A stretch of 63,712 bases of DNA, counting the filler, from Welwitschia mirabilis (Eukaryota): the NCBI GenBank assembly GCA_051453625.1. It is 5 parts of one record of this genome, joined end to end, with 100 filler letters (N's around TTAATTAATTAA, not from the genome) between each part and the next. Parts side by side here need not be neighbours in the genome. Positions count along the whole stretch, not along the records: positions 1 to 18,362 come from JBOZIK010000001.1; positions 18,463 to 33,700 come from JBOZIK010000001.1; 3 more parts are not named here. The stretch is one strand, 5' to 3'. The notes beneath the pieces are model-generated. The model saw only the letters and a list, made by a program, of their open reading frames with translations, searched no databases and was not told the origin of the DNA. Made by a program: the position numbers and the translations under genes. Positions 12,473 to 26,053 of this stretch are shown here, piece by piece; the stretch's first letter is position 1, and the number at the start of each line of letters is the position of its first letter.

Positions 12473-15208
12473 GTCATCATCCCAACTAGTGAAGAAGTTC
12501 TGTTTTCCTCTGGATTCTTTCTTTTAACTCTTCCCTTGCATTCTATTAGTACTTGGGCATTTTGAGGCAAGATGATCAGTACTTCCATAATTCCAACACT
12601 CTAGATCTGAAAAATCATATTTGGCAACAAACTAAGAGTTCTTACCTTTGCTCTTACCTTTTCCTTGTGGCCTTATGTTGGATCTTCTCGTTTCTTCTAT
12701 TTCTTCTAGATAGAAGACATTTGACTTGGTTGGAGATTAGAGCAAGCTGCTCATCATCATCTTGGGGTTCATCATCTAAGGCAATTATTGGTTTTCTTTT
12801 GCTGTGTTGCTTTTGAGTGTCATTTGCCTTGAGGGCTATGGGTTTCTCTTTGACAATGTTATCTTCTATGAGGTTCATTTCAGATGTGGCCAATGCACTT
12901 TAGACTTCCTTAGACTTCATGGTGGCAAGGTTTCTTAATTCTTCCTTGGCAGTGGTCTTTGGCTTGTATGCTAGTGTAAGTGATCTCACAACTTTTTGGA
13001 TCACCTTTTCGTTTGATAGGTCTTCACCAATCCCATGGATGCCATTTACTATGTTGCTCACTGGTGAAGTATTTGTGTATCCTCGCTTCTTTGTTCATTT
13101 TGAGGTTCTTAAATTGATTTGATAATACCAATAGCTTAGACTATTTGACTGTGGAAGTACCTTCGCATGTACCTTTAAGAACGTCCCATACTTCTTTTGC
13201 AATACTACATCTAGCTACTTTGTTGAACTTCTCAGCAAAGAGGGCACAACATAGTGTGATCCTTGCTCCAGAGTTTTACATGTGATCATCCTTCTCTATA
13301 GATAACTAGGTTTTCCTTTCTTTTGGTCTCATGATAAATTTGTAGTGGCATTGGTGGTAGTCTATATGGGTGTCATGTGTCTGTTCTCAATAGCTTGCCA
13401 CACTTCAAACTCAAGAGACTATAAGTAGACCCCAATCCTCATCTTCCAATAGGCATAGTTTGTCCCATTGAAGAAGAGAGGCTTAGCTGTTGATGACCCC
13501 TCCATAGTAGTTCACTCAAAGCTTTTTACGCCTACCCGCTCTGACACCACTTGGATCATTGAACTCAGAGGGGAGGGGTGAATGAGTTCCAAATAAAAAT
13601 TTTGATAGACAAAAACTGAGAGCTAACAAGAATTAAAAATATGCAAAACCAAATAGGAACTCCTACCAAATTTAACGTGGTTCCCCAACCTGGGTACCCC
13701 ACACTTGGGGTGTTGAAACTGGCACACCTTCAAATCTTTGCTTCTTAACTCAGAAATGTGGTTTGTGGCTTATCACCAACCTTACAAGGCTGAACATAAC
13801 AAGTGGCTCCTCGCAAGGCAGCCAACTCAACCCTACTCAACCCCTTAGGGTTCAGACTCACAACTAAGGTGTTTCTCTAAGTGTGACACCTAGCACAATA
13901 CAACTTGGGAATCCAAACTGGACCCAATAGCATACATGCCTCCCAAGTTCCAATAGGACAAGAATTAATAACAATGTGTGGAATAATAGAGATTCTAAGT
14001 AATCGGATTTCCACCTTTAAGTATAACAGTAGCAAAAACTAATCGGATTTCCACCTTTAAGTACAACAATAGCAAAACCTAAAAAGCAAGCTTGAAGATC
14101 GATAAACGAATGAGACTAAAGAACACAACTTGCTTGCTTACTTGGAAGAAGAGTAGAGAGAATGAGATTGCATTTTTCTCCTTTTTCCTTCTCCTTTTCA
14201 CTGTGCAACGGTAGTGAGAATCCTACTTGGAGAGACAGAAATCATTTGCTGTCTGGAGAATCCCTTACTGCTATGCTTCTTTCTAATGTGATGTTTTGTG
14301 TCCTTGATTTCTTTGCTAGAGATCTGTGTCAACAATCTATTTCCAAAAATCTATTTCAATCAATCTTGTTCTAACTCTTCTTTTGTTTAGGGTTTTTGTT
14401 TCCCTCTTATACTAGATCCCTCTGCTAGGTTTTCCTTGAAGGGCATTCTGCAAACGATCAAATCTGTGCCTTTCAATGACTAATTTCTTTTTCACTTGTA
14501 ACATGTTGTAGACGTCTTCAAAAAGTGTAGATGTCTTTAGATGTATTAAACATCTTAAGTATAGATGTCTTTAGTCTATAGCCATTCTATCCTTGATTCA
14601 ATTTAGTTACAATGTCTTTAGTCTTGGTAGACGTCTTCATGTTTTAGATGCCTTCGATGTGTGTAGACATCTTCAACCCTTGGTAGATCTTTTCCAGTTC
14701 CTCATTTTAGTCAAGACATCTTCATCTTTGATAGATCTCTTCTGTCAAGCTCCTATAAATCAGCCGAGACGTCTTCAATGGCTATAGACATCTTCATAGG
14801 ATGTAGATGTCTTCAAAATCTATAGATTTCTTTTGAAGATTATTCCTTGATTTAGCCTAGACATCATCTCTTCTGTAGACATCTGGAGGTGTGGTAGATG
14901 TCTTTACCTCGTGTAGACATCTTCATTGCAAGCTCCTAAAACACATCATACTGGACAAGGCATTAAATTGTAAAACTCAACCTTGAAAAGTTACTGAATG
15001 TCTTGTAGACGCCTTCAATTCTTGTAGATGTCTTCGGGTGTTGTAGACATCTCTTAACTTAGTAGATGTCTTGTAAACACTTTGTTGATTTTGCAACTCT
15101 GTGATCCTTGAACACATATCGTATTGAATTTGCTGAGTTTGGCACATCAAAACTAGGTAGGTCAACGGTTAGAAAGTAGAAGAGGAGAATGTGAGTGAGT
15201 GAGTGAAT

Positions 15209-15256
<48 letters not shown>
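15209..15256. repeat. (GA)n microsatellite
   Basis: Visible GA run preceded by (GTGA)n. Confidence 0.95.
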
Positions 15257-15899
15257 AGGTAAAGCGCTGTCACAATAAGAAGGGAATGATTACTACTAAA
15301 CAACAATGCAAATCACTCCTTTTAAAATCTGATCGGATGTAAGGGTTTTCCCTCACTGACAGGATGAGGCAAGGAACCTAGTTCCAACTCTATTCCAACG
15401 GCCTCCTTAACACTTGATCCTATTGTCACTTGATCTAAGTGGTAAAAAGATGAAATGCAAGGACAAGCCCCTTAAATGGCTTTGGATTGTAAAAGGTACG
15501 TCCACGATAGTTACAGCCAAAATCCATTACAATTTCCAATTAAGTCTTAACAATTTCATTAAGTTTGATCAAGGTAATTACAATAACTATGCCATCATTA
15601 CTTGCAGGTGATCAAGTAATGACTAAGGAGTCACTACTATTATGAGTGGCAAAACTACAGATATCATAGAACTAAGCTATCACTATCTGTGTTGGTCATT
15701 GATGGTAAGTGGCAATAGTTGTAGTCTTCAGATTCTTTTGTTGTCACTGAACCTGCTGCCTCTTAATGATGTAGTGATTAAGGAGGTGCTATGTGTATTG
15801 CCAGCTGAAATGNNNNNNNNNNCAAATTTGCAAGTGCTAAATTTAAGCTTCTGCCTAGTCTAATCTTTGTTTAGTCAATCATTAGTTTTTTCAAGTCTT

Positions 15900-17850
15900 T
15901 TCAAGTCCTTCAAAATCATTTTGTTGAGGGTCCAAATGCCACAATTGGTTCCATTTCAGCCTTGCTTCATATGGTTTAACCCGTGATTTTGAAAAACATG
16001 TATGCAATTGATATATACACTTGCTTAGTTGTTTTTCTGTTTGACACAAAGTGTATTCTTCCTTTACGATCCATGAATTCTCACCCAATCTTTATTTTAC
16101 AGATTAGAATATCTCCATGGTAAAATTTCCAACTTCTTGTGGGAGCTTATGAGATGATAGGCCATAATTGATGTAAATGCACTTCTCCCCTCCCCTCAAA
16201 ATTCTTTCAATAAACCTTAATCTTTCTTCATATTTAGTGCTTTTAATGTCCATTGAGGTGCATTTTGACTTCTCGAACTTCTTTTCCTGAACAAATCCTG
16301 GAAACTCTCATTGTTGACCCTGGTCTAATGCCTAAGCTCAACATAATATGAGAACTTGCATTTTGATTTTTAGAAGGCATGTAAATGGAAGTGTTGCAGA
16401 ATTCTAGTTAAGTTTAATTGTAGTTTTTCAGACAAAAGATATGGACCACTGTTTATTTTTCAAAAGCCATGTGAAGTTACATATTATAGGAGGTTTTCGC
16501 TTTAACTGTTTAGTGCAAGTTGCCAAACCCTCGCTGATGGAGTGTGAGTACTTTGGAAAATTTGCCATTTTGTTCTTTCAAAAGCTGTCATGAGCAGATT
16601 GGAAGACGTGCAAACTATGATCTCTCAAGTGTCTTTGGTGATCGTATCAATCTCTAGCTATTAGTGATAACTGACAGAGAGTGAGTTAACTATATTTTCT
16701 TCCCCATAAAGGCGTTGATGAATACCTAGAGTACATGAGTGTACGACATTGTGACAAAGAGGTGATTATGAAGTTCAAAATTATTTAAAGATAAGGCACA
16801 ACAATCCACTAGCAAGAAGTCTCTTTTTATAAGATCTTGTTTGTCAACAACTTTTCTTGCTATACAAGGTTGAAGAACAACTTAATTCTAAGTTTTGTAA
16901 TAATTTTGTGCCAATCTCTTACATTATAATTCATCACTAGTTGGCGTAAGAATCTATGCATTACTTAACCAAATCATTAAACCTGTTTTGCCACCTCCAT
17001 TTTTGTTCTATCGGGTCCCACCAACAGCAAGAGAAAAGCCACATTTTGCCTTCTCCATGGGTTTCCATATAGGTGATGCTCTAATAAATTTAGGGCTTAA
17101 CAAAAAACTTTTGTTTGGTTGCAACATTTTCCTTTCGTCACTTTAGCCCACCTAACATCTTCTGAATCTAGTCTTCACACTAATTTGCCTAACAATCCTC
17201 TGTTGAAAGCTTCCTCACAATTTGATACTAAAACCCCCTTTGTAGGCTGCATACTTTCCCCCAGTCTAATAAATGAACTTTTCTTGTCTGGTCTAGATAC
17301 TGCCATAGGAAATTTCGTTCAAGTTTTTCTAGTATATTTATGAGCTTTTTGGATGCCTTTGAGGCTGAGAACATGTACACATGAATGGATTGTGAACAAC
17401 AGTGATCGATGACAATTTTCTTGCCTACACCTGCAGAAATTGGTTGCGCTTGTCTAGTATCTTTAGCAATCAGTCAGTCCTGTTTCTTGAGTTAAACAAT
17501 GGAAAACCTCGATATTTACTCGGGGATTCTCTTTCTTCACATTGAAAAAGGTTTTTTAGTCTTCATGTCCTCTGATATATGGAAAGGATAAATTTTCCTA
17601 TTATTAGAATTAACTTCCATTCCTGTTGCTTCTAAGATCTTGTTCAAGATTCGTTGAACTAAATGCTCTACTTCTTTCACTAGTGAATGGATATTGAGGC
17701 AGTTGTAGGGAGTGGAAAAAAGAAACAATTCATTTGAGAAACTTCTGTGCCTTAGAATCTCCTTGTAGATCAAAGGAGATGGGCTTACTAGAATTCCTCC
17801 TCCAGGGATACAACAATCCTTTTTTCATACCAATCTTGACAATTTGAAAT
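15900..17850 (-). mobile_element. Highly decayed L1-type LINE ORF2 remnant
   Basis: Decayed equivalents of RG(I/L)RQGDPLSP at ~17772-17800 and of the W..IC.PK..GG.G motif at ~16990-17025. Boundaries are loose. Confidence 0.5.
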
Positions 17851-18042
17851 AAGGCATTAGGCTTGTTCGCAAGGCATTAGGTTGTTAGCAAGGAGTGAGA
17901 AAAACTCCAATAATATTGTATTGTGTAAGGCACAAAAATATGCCCCCCCAAAAAAAAAATCGTGGATTGAAGTAGTGATAAGGCAATTGGAGAAATGCAA
18001 ACTAATAGATGATTTGTCTCTGCATAAGAATGTGTGGGAAAC

Positions 18043-18362
18043 TAGCATTGTTGTGAAACTTGCGGCGAGTTCGGCGAGTTCGGCGAGTTCGGGAGTCTCC
18101 GGCTCGTCGTGAGTTTCAAATTGCGAGTTTGGCAAGATGAGTTTGGGGGCCTAGGACTCGCCAAACTTGCCAAACTCGGGGGTCCCAAACTCGTGGATCC
18201 ATTAAAAAAAAGTTAAAAAATTAGTTTTTTAAAGGTTCAAACACCCCAGGACAGTCAGGAAACGTTATTTCTCTTGAGAGGGCTAAAAAATGAAACAAAA
18301 ATGGGTAGAGAGAAGGGCTGAAAAGAAGGTGAAAGTGTGAAACATCAAATATTCAAGCATCG
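18043..18362. mobile_element. Probable DNA-transposon end (hAT-like) with subterminal CGAGTT/AACTCG motifs
   Basis: GC/CpG-rich cluster: ggcgagttc three times, then inverted aaactcg/aaacttg copies. Truncated by the spacer. Confidence 0.5.
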
Positions 18363-18462
18363 NNNNNNNNNNNNNNNNNNNNNNNNNNNNNNNNNNNNNN
18401 NNNNNNTTAATTAATTAANNNNNNNNNNNNNNNNNNNNNNNNNNNNNNNNNNNNNNNNNNNN
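18363..18462. other. Artificial assembly spacer (44N-TTAATTAATTAA-44N)
   Basis: Same 100-bp structure at four places; the core gives stops in all six frames. Confidence 0.95.
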
Positions 18463-18830
18463 TAGACAAGGCGCGTTTCCTAACTGGTAAGGGAACCACA
18501 TCCCATGTATCATTATGCCTTAAAGCATCCAACTCTTATTTCATTGCAACATTCCACTTTTCCGAGTTAGGCGAAGAAACAACTTCCTGATATGTTTCAA
18601 GTTCTCCTTTATCTGTGTATAGAATATAATGCAATGACGGAGAATACCTAACAGATGCTTTATTGGGACGAGTAGGCCTTCTTACCTAATGTGCAGGAGT
18701 ATGTGGCTCTCCATCATCATCACCTTATGAAAGATTAGGTTGCTGCAGTTTAGGTGGATTGTCTTCATCTCCATCATCCTCGTCATCAGGAGGATTACTT
18801 CCTTTACCGTCATCCTTATGATCTGGAATT
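18463..18830 (-). mobile_element. Copia integrase-RT linker and RT start
   Basis: RYSPSLHYILYTDKGELETYQEVVSSPNSEKWNVAMK*ELDALRHNDTWDVVPLP. Confidence 0.85.
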
Positions 18831-20299
18831 TTAAAAGTCTTTTGCAAAGCGCTAGAGTCAGGAACTCCCTCCTTTTGGTTCTCTCCCAGTGACTTGTAAA
18901 ATATTTGTTTTTTGGCAAAGAATCATTTCATTACCACAGTAGAAGATGGAGTACAGACCCTTGGAAAAAAACCGAGGTGGCAAAGTGGAGTGGTCTGGTG
19001 CTAGTCCTACTATCCCATTGACTAGAGTCTTGAGGGGTTGTCACTATACAACAAAAGGGAGAGAACAGGAACAGGTCAAGGCTTCCCTGCTAAGAGGGCA
19101 CATTGGCCTGCTTCAAGCAAGAGAAACATGGTAGGCTCCTCCACTGGGCCTTGACACGCCAAACGCTAGCTACGAACTCTGCTACAATCCTTTGCAGCAT
19201 CAAAGCATCTTGCTAATGTTCCTACTGGAATTGTAGTTTTGCTTTTGCATTTAGAGAGGCTCCCTTTCCTCCACCTGCTCCCTTCATTGTTGACGTCCCC
19301 GATCCTTTCCTCATTTGCTATCCATTCATTCGTGTGCCTGAGAAGCTTGCACCTGACTNNNNNNNNNNNNNNNNNNNNNNNNNNNNNNNNNNNNNNNNNN
19401 NNNNNNNNNNNNNNNNNNNNNNNNNNNNNNNNNNNNNNNNNNNNNNNNNNNNNNNNNNNNNNNNNNNNNNNNNNNNNNNNNNNNNNNNNNNNNNNNNNNN
19501 NNNNNNNNNNNNNNNNNNNNNNNNNNNNNNNNNNNNNNNNNNNNNNNNNNNNNNNNNNNNNNNNNNNNNNNNNNNNNNNNNNNNNNNNNNNNNNNNNNNN
19601 NNNNNNNNNNNNNNNNNNNNNNNNNNNNNNNNNNNNNNNNNNNNNNNNNNNNNNNNNNNNNNNNNNNNNNNNNNNNNNNNNNNNNNNNNNNNNNNNNNNN
19701 NNNNNNNNNNNNNNNNNNNNNNNNNNNNNNNNNNNNNNNNNNNNNNNNNNNNNNNNNNNNNNNNNNNNNNNNNNNNNNNNNNNNNNNNNNNNNNNNNNNN
19801 NNNNNNNNNNNNNNNNNNNNNNNNNNNNNNNNNNNNNNNNNNNNNNNNNNNNNNNNNNNNNNNNNNNNNNNNNNNNNNNNNNNNNNNNNNNNNNNNNNNN
19901 NNNNNNNNNNNNNNNNNNNNNNNNNNNNNNNNNNNNNNNNNNNNNNNNNNNNNNNNNNNNNNNNNNNNNNNNNNNNNNNNNNNNNNNNNNNNNNNNNNNN
20001 NNNNNNNNNNNNNNNNNNNNNNNNNNNNNNNNNNNNNNNNNNNNNNNNNNNNNNNNNNNNNNNNNNNNNNNNNNNNNNNNNNNNNNNNNNNNNNNNNNNN
20101 NNNNNNNNNNNNNNNNNNNNNNNNNNNNNNNNNNNNNNNNNNNNNNNNNNNNNNNNNNNNNNNNNNNNNNNNNNNNNNNNNNNNNNNNNNNNNNNNNNNN
20201 NNNNNNNNNNNNNNNNNNNNNNNNNNNNNNNNNNNNNNNTTCTTGAAAACCATCGTGGGTCAACAAAATTGCAGAAAAACAAAGGGGCAAAACTGGAAA

Positions 20300-23200
20300 T
20301 CATTAAGAGTTTATCTAAAGTTAGGGAAGATGCAAAGGTTACTGCACGATTGCCTCTTCGCTAGAGTGTCCTTGATGGTCTTGTATCCCTGCTAGCTGCA
20401 TCTGAAGATTGAATTTGGCCTGCTGGAAGCAAGACTGCGCACTTGGGTGAGCATTTCTGAAAATAAGGTTGTTCCTCTGCATCCATATGCAGTAAACAGC
20501 TGAAGTGAAGGCCGCTCTAGTTATGTAACATCGTGTTGTTTTGGCCTTCAGGTGTCTTTTAGCCCAATGTTTCACTTTTATCCAGGTGATTGTGGGTTGT
20601 TGTGTTGGGGGTTGGGGGGGGGGGTGGTTAAAACATCAGAAATTGGGCTATCTTGTTCCACACCTCTCTGGAGAAGGGGTAGACAAAAAAAGAGGGGTTC
20701 CTTCGATTCATTTGGACAACGCAAAAAACACAAGTGGGGTCTGTGATTAGGCCAAGCTTTAGGAGGCTATCTTTGGTCATCAGTCTATTGTGCATTAACA
20801 ACCAGGCTATGAATGAGTGTCTTGGTTGATGGAATATTCCCCACAGGGAATAACACCAACCCAACTTGGGAAGAGGAGGGCGAAGGACCTAATAAGAGGT
20901 TGAGATTGAGAATGGAGAGGAGGGCTCTTGTCACACCAAATGGTGGCCCGGGACCTGTACATATATCAGGGCCACATCTCTAAGTTTGAGAATTTTCTTG
21001 AATGCCCATGAGAAGGAGGCCTTGAGAGGTGTGGACCATACATTAGTGCCCCTTAAGTAAACTGTGTGCATCCACTTAACCTAGAGGGAGTCCTGCTTGT
21101 TGTCTACAACCCAAAGGTTCTTCAGGATGATTGCTTTGTTGTATAGGCAAAGGTCCTTTAGGCCTAGGCCCCCTTATAACTTTGAAGAACCCGCTTTGTG
21201 TCATGCTACCAAGGCCTTACTTGGATTATCCTTTCTTGTCCATAAAAATGACCTGCATAGCGACTCTATAACCTTTAGCATTTTCTTTGGGAGGATAAAA
21301 ACTTGACAACAGTACAAGTGAAGACTCTGAAGGACTGGCCTGACCAACTCTAGTCTTCACCCGTAAGACAAGAACTTGGTGGTCCAGCAGTGAATTTTGG
21401 CTGTTATTTTTTTAATCAAAGGGAGGAATTCATTTATAGTTATAGATCTAGAGGTGAGAGGAACTCCTAAATATTTAAAAGGAAGAGAACCCTCCCCGAA
21501 CTGAAGCTCTTGCAGAATAGCGTGCTTGACTGTGTGTCCCACTCTAGCAAAATAAACCTAAGATTTGTCAAGATTAGCTCTGATTCTTAAGCGAACTGCA
21601 GAAGGGCTTGATTGAGTACTCTGGCTGATTTAATGTCTCCTTTGCTAAATAACAAAAGATCATCTGCAAACATGAGATAAGATAGTTTCGTGGATTTACA
21701 CTTTGGGTGGTATCTGAACAAATTCGAAGCATTTTGAGTGCCTAGAATTCTCTCAAAGTAATCCATCACTTGAGTAAATAAATAAGGTGACATGGGATCC
21801 CCTTGCTTGAGGCCTCTTCTTCCTTTAAAGTACCCGTGCATCTCTCCATCGACTAGAATAGAGTAGCTTGCAGTGCTCACACAGGTCATGATCTAGTGCA
21901 CAAATCTGTATGGAAATCCCAAGTGGACAAGCAGTTGTTCAGAAAGCCCCATTCAAGGGAGTCATAAGCTTTCTACAGGTCCACTTTGATAGTGCATCTT
22001 GGGCTAATCTGCCTCCTACCATAATTTTGCACAATCTCTTAGGCTAGGAGGATGTTGTGCATAATGCTCCTTCCCTTGATGAAAGCTCCCTGCTGTTGGC
22101 CTACCAAGGTGGAGGTAATCAATTTCAATCGTGCAGTAATGATGTTTGTAATGCGTTTATAGATAACATTGCAACAGGTAATAGGTCTAAAATCAGAAGC
22201 AAACTGAGGATTAGGCTTCTTTGGAATGAGGATTAAGGTGATTCAATTTACTAAACGCAAGAGATAGCATGTTGCAAAGAAGCTCCTAATTGCTCTCTTT
22301 ACCATTGATCCCACTATGGTCTAAGCTTTTTTAAAAATGTAACAGTCAAACCATCTGGACCTGGGGATTTTTCATCTGAGATCCTCCACATTGCTTGCAC
22401 TATCTCTCTATCAGTAATGGGGTCACATACGTTAATGCATTGCTGCTTAGTTACTTTTGCTCCTATGTTAAGGCAGGCCTACTGAATTAGAGGGCAATCA
22501 GAGGAAGCACCTAAAAGATTCTGAAAGAATTGCAACAATTCCTGCTTACAACCATCTGCAGAGTCTATTCTTGTGCCATCAACCTTGTACAACACATGGA
22601 TATTGCTATTGGTTCTGTTCTTCCTCATCTGGGCGTGGAAGAAGGTTGTGTTGGAATCACCCTCCTTGATCCATGATGCCTTGGCTCTCTGTTTGCACAT
22701 CATGGTTCAGCTTTTAAGAGTCTCTTGTACTTCTTATACCTCCTTTGTTCCTCTGTAAACAGGTTGTGATTCTTTGGGTTTGTTTGCATAAAATGTTGTA
22801 CATCATGAAGTGCCTCTCCAGTAGCCTTGACACAACTTGCAATGTTGCTATAATTTGCTTGATGGAAGGCTTTGAGCTCATTCTTGACAAGTTTTAGCTG
22901 CTGGCATAAAGCAAACATGGGGTAGCCTGCAATGTGGTTAGACCAGGAGTTAGCCACAATAGAAAGAAATTGGTCATCCAGGCACCAGCTATTGACAAAT
23001 CTAGAAGGAGTGATCTTTCTTGCATTATTGCCATAGGTCACCACGCAAGGAGAGTGATCAGATATGCCTAGGGGCTTAACTTTAGCAAACGGGTTTTCAT
23101 ATTTGTCTAGCCACATATCATTCACCAAAGCCCTGTCTAATTTGCAATAGATTCTATCCTCTCATTGATGAAGGTCGCTCCACGTTAAGAACTCACCAGA

Positions 23201-23800
23201 CTAGCTTAGATCAGTGACATGTTGTGTAGATGTAAAGCGCAACAGCTCCTCTATGTCTCTTCTGGTAACTCTCCTGTCGTTAAGCTTCTCCTCAGCTGAG
23301 AGCAGGTAGTTAAAGTCTCCACAAATGATCTAAGGCCCATCTATAGAGTAAGAAATCCTATTAAGGTCGTACCATAAAGACTTCCTCAAAGAAGCATTGT
23401 TGCACCCATACACAATAGTGACATAGAGCTCATGTGTTCCATCACTGTACTTGAGATGGCAGTGAATGCATTGGTTTGATTTGGATAGCTTAATGACTTT
23501 GACATCAGATGGCTTCCATAGTATTACTATTCTCCCTTTTCCACTAGTGTCAAAATTGTTCAAAAATTGCCAGCTAGGAAGTGTCTGGACACAAAATTAT
23601 CAAGGGAATGTACTTGCAGTTTGGTTTCAATTAGACCAAAAAAGGACAGAGAGTTGGAAATGGTAAAATGCTTAACTTCTCTCTGCTTCTCTTGGGAGCT
23701 CCCTCACATTCCAGGTGGCTAATGGCATGCTAACTATCAGAGGTAGAGCCTACCCCTTGTTCCTGGTAGGCTTACTATGATGAGCAGAATGAACGCTCTT
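20300..23800 (-). mobile_element. L1-clade LINE with near-complete but disrupted ORF2 (APE endonuclease, RT, zf-RVT)
   Basis: MPLATWNVR at 23728, GRIVILW, ISDHSP, WIKEGDSNTTFFH, RGLKQGDPMSPYLF..LMFADDLLLF, FKYLGVPL, PRHSFIAWL..RLMTKD..CVFC, IWMQRNNLIF. Confidence 0.95.
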
Positions 23801-23849
23801 GCTTTTGCTTTTCCCTTTCTTTCCCCTTGAATTTAGGCCTTCTCTTCCC

Positions 23850-26048
23850 ATGACAAGAGTTTGGTGCTGGTCTCTTGCATGTTTGTCATGCTCCATTTCA
23901 GGCTCCTCCTCCTTAGCAGCTGCATTTGAGGATGAGGATTGACGTGGAGTATTCTGATCTGAGAGAAATGCCTTAGTACTAATGTCTTGAGTCTGATGGA
24001 GTAGTAAAATATTTGTTGTTCATAGAAGACCACATCACGTGATTTGATCATCTTGTTGTCCACTAGATTCCACAACCTGTAACCAAGATTGTCTCTTCCA
24101 TAACCTAGAAAAACACACTTGCATGCACGTCTATCTAGTTTTCCTGCGTTCTGCTGATGCACACACACTTCACAACCAAACACCTTCAAGTGAGAGAAAG
24201 ATAGCTTCCTCCCACTCCACATAGACTCTGGTATTCCTCCTTGAAGTGTTGAATGCAGTGACCTATTTATAAGATACGTAGCTGTGTTGGCTACTTCAGC
24301 CCAAAGACGTTTTGGAACTCCAGATTGCTGTAACAATGAATGCAACGTTTCTAAAACAGTCTATTATATCTTTCAACCACTCCATTGTTCTAAGGTGTAT
24401 ATAGAGGTGTCTTTATGTGGATAATTCCATTATCTCTGCAAAACATCTCAAAGTCACGAGAGTTGTATTCACCTTCATTATCTGTCACCAAGCATTTAAT
24501 TTTACAACTTGATTCATTTTCCACTCTAGCTTTAAATTGTTTGAAGATATCAAAGACTCTATCTTAAGGGAATCAAAAACAGCCAAGTTTTTCAATTAAA
24601 GTCATCGATAAAAGTAACAAAATACGATGCTTCACCAAAAGATGTCAGTATCATAGGCCCAATAACATCGGAATAAACTAAATCTAACTTTCCAATACTT
24701 TTATTTTCAAAAATAGATTTCTTAAAGTTTACATGTTTTGCTTTTGCAATAGCACAATCCTTACAGAAATTTAAAGAAACAGAGTCAAACTTTGGAAGCA
24801 AGTTTTTAGAGCTCAGAACCTTCATGCCTTTTTCATTGAGATGTCCAAGTCTCTTATGCCAAAGAGGCACATCCTCGTTATCGGTAACCACAACACTGTG
24901 CTTTACGACATTGGCATGCAAAGTGTATAAGGTTTCTTCTTTTTGTCCTCATGCCAGCACCATGACACCTTTTCGTTAGCTTCCAGCCACATGCGCCAAA
25001 GAAGACTGAACAACCAACAATATTTAATTGATCTGCTGAAATTAAGTTTTTAGCTACTTGAGGCACATGTCTTAACATTCTGAAGAAACAATTTTTTGCC
25101 GTCAATTCCTTGCAGCATTACAAACCCAATTCCTTTGATCTGACAATGTCGATCATCCCCGAGATACACATACATCTCTAAAACTTTGTTATATGCAGAA
25201 AACATTGAAACATCAGGGCCGACATGAAAAGAAGCACTAGACTCCAGAATCCAAACATGAGGGCAAGAGTATTGGGAAATGTTTACCTCTTGTGCATTTG
25301 GAATCAACACAACGTCAACATCTCCTTCTACATTTAACCCTTGTCCTCCTTCCTAGTGCTGTTGATTACCTCCTTTTGTCTATTTACGCTTGTTTTTTAG
25401 GCTATAGCAGTCCTTTTGTAAATGACCTTTCTTCTTGCAGTGCCACCATTCACTGCTTCTGTTGACGGATTTTCCTCTGTTCTTGCTTTGCCAACGTCCT
25501 CCTCTGGTTTGAGAGCGTCCTCCATGAATAGCAAGGGCTTCTCCAACAGACTCAGTAGCGGTAGTCTTGTACGCATCTAGAAGCTTTGAAATTATAGTAT
25601 TCAGGCACGACATAGTATTTGAGGCAGTCATCAGGGTAGTGCGAACAGTCTCGCAAGAATCAGGCAAGGAACTAAGAACCGTGATTACCATTAGGTTTTC
25701 TTCAACTGTCACCCTCAGGTTGTCCAACTGTGTGAACCAGCCGTTCATCTCATCTAGGTGTGCTTGTAAAGATGCACCTTCTTTCATTTTCATGTTGAAG
25801 ACCTTGTTAATAGTATAAAATTGGTTCATGCTAATAGGTTGATTATACCTTTGCATCAAAATCTTCCACAATTCAGCTATTGTAGAAATCTTGCTATGGG
25901 ATTGAAGAATCCCATTGCTAAGGCACGACCGTCTCAACGGAATTGCCCTTCTGTTAGGTTTCTTCCACTCTTTGTCAGGGTAGTTCTTCAACTATTCTGC
26001 ATCAGAAAGTCTAGATGCTACCTTTGCATCTGTTTCTGTCTTTAGGAC
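23850..26048 (-). mobile_element. Ty1/Copia gag-protease-integrase, truncated before RT
   Basis: Gag LSSLPDS..CKKKGHLQKDCY, protease WILESSASFH, LWHKRLGH..C..C, LDLVYSDVIGP..YFVTFIDDF, LWAEVANTATYLINR..FGC..GKLDRRA. Confidence 0.95.
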
Positions 26049-26053
26049 AATGT

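Larger units (their letters stand above)
8570..15167 (-). mobile_element. Sirevirus (SIRE/Maximus)-like Copia derivative: 5' LTR, PBS and gag, with no recognisable pol
   Basis: LTR 13552-15167 has the ATTCACCCC-type end signature. PBS TGGTGTCAGAGC at 13538-13549. Gag starts MEGSSTAKPLFFNGTNYAYWKMRIG at 13505 and continues through KEKPIALKA..LALISNQ (12654-12893) to a coiled coil ending DEGRRPNDKRGL (10816-11283). Confidence 0.85.

Noticed and set aside
19166..20395. Long ORFs of 311-374 aa in the track
   Set aside because: They are read-through of an N gap (X runs), not proteins.
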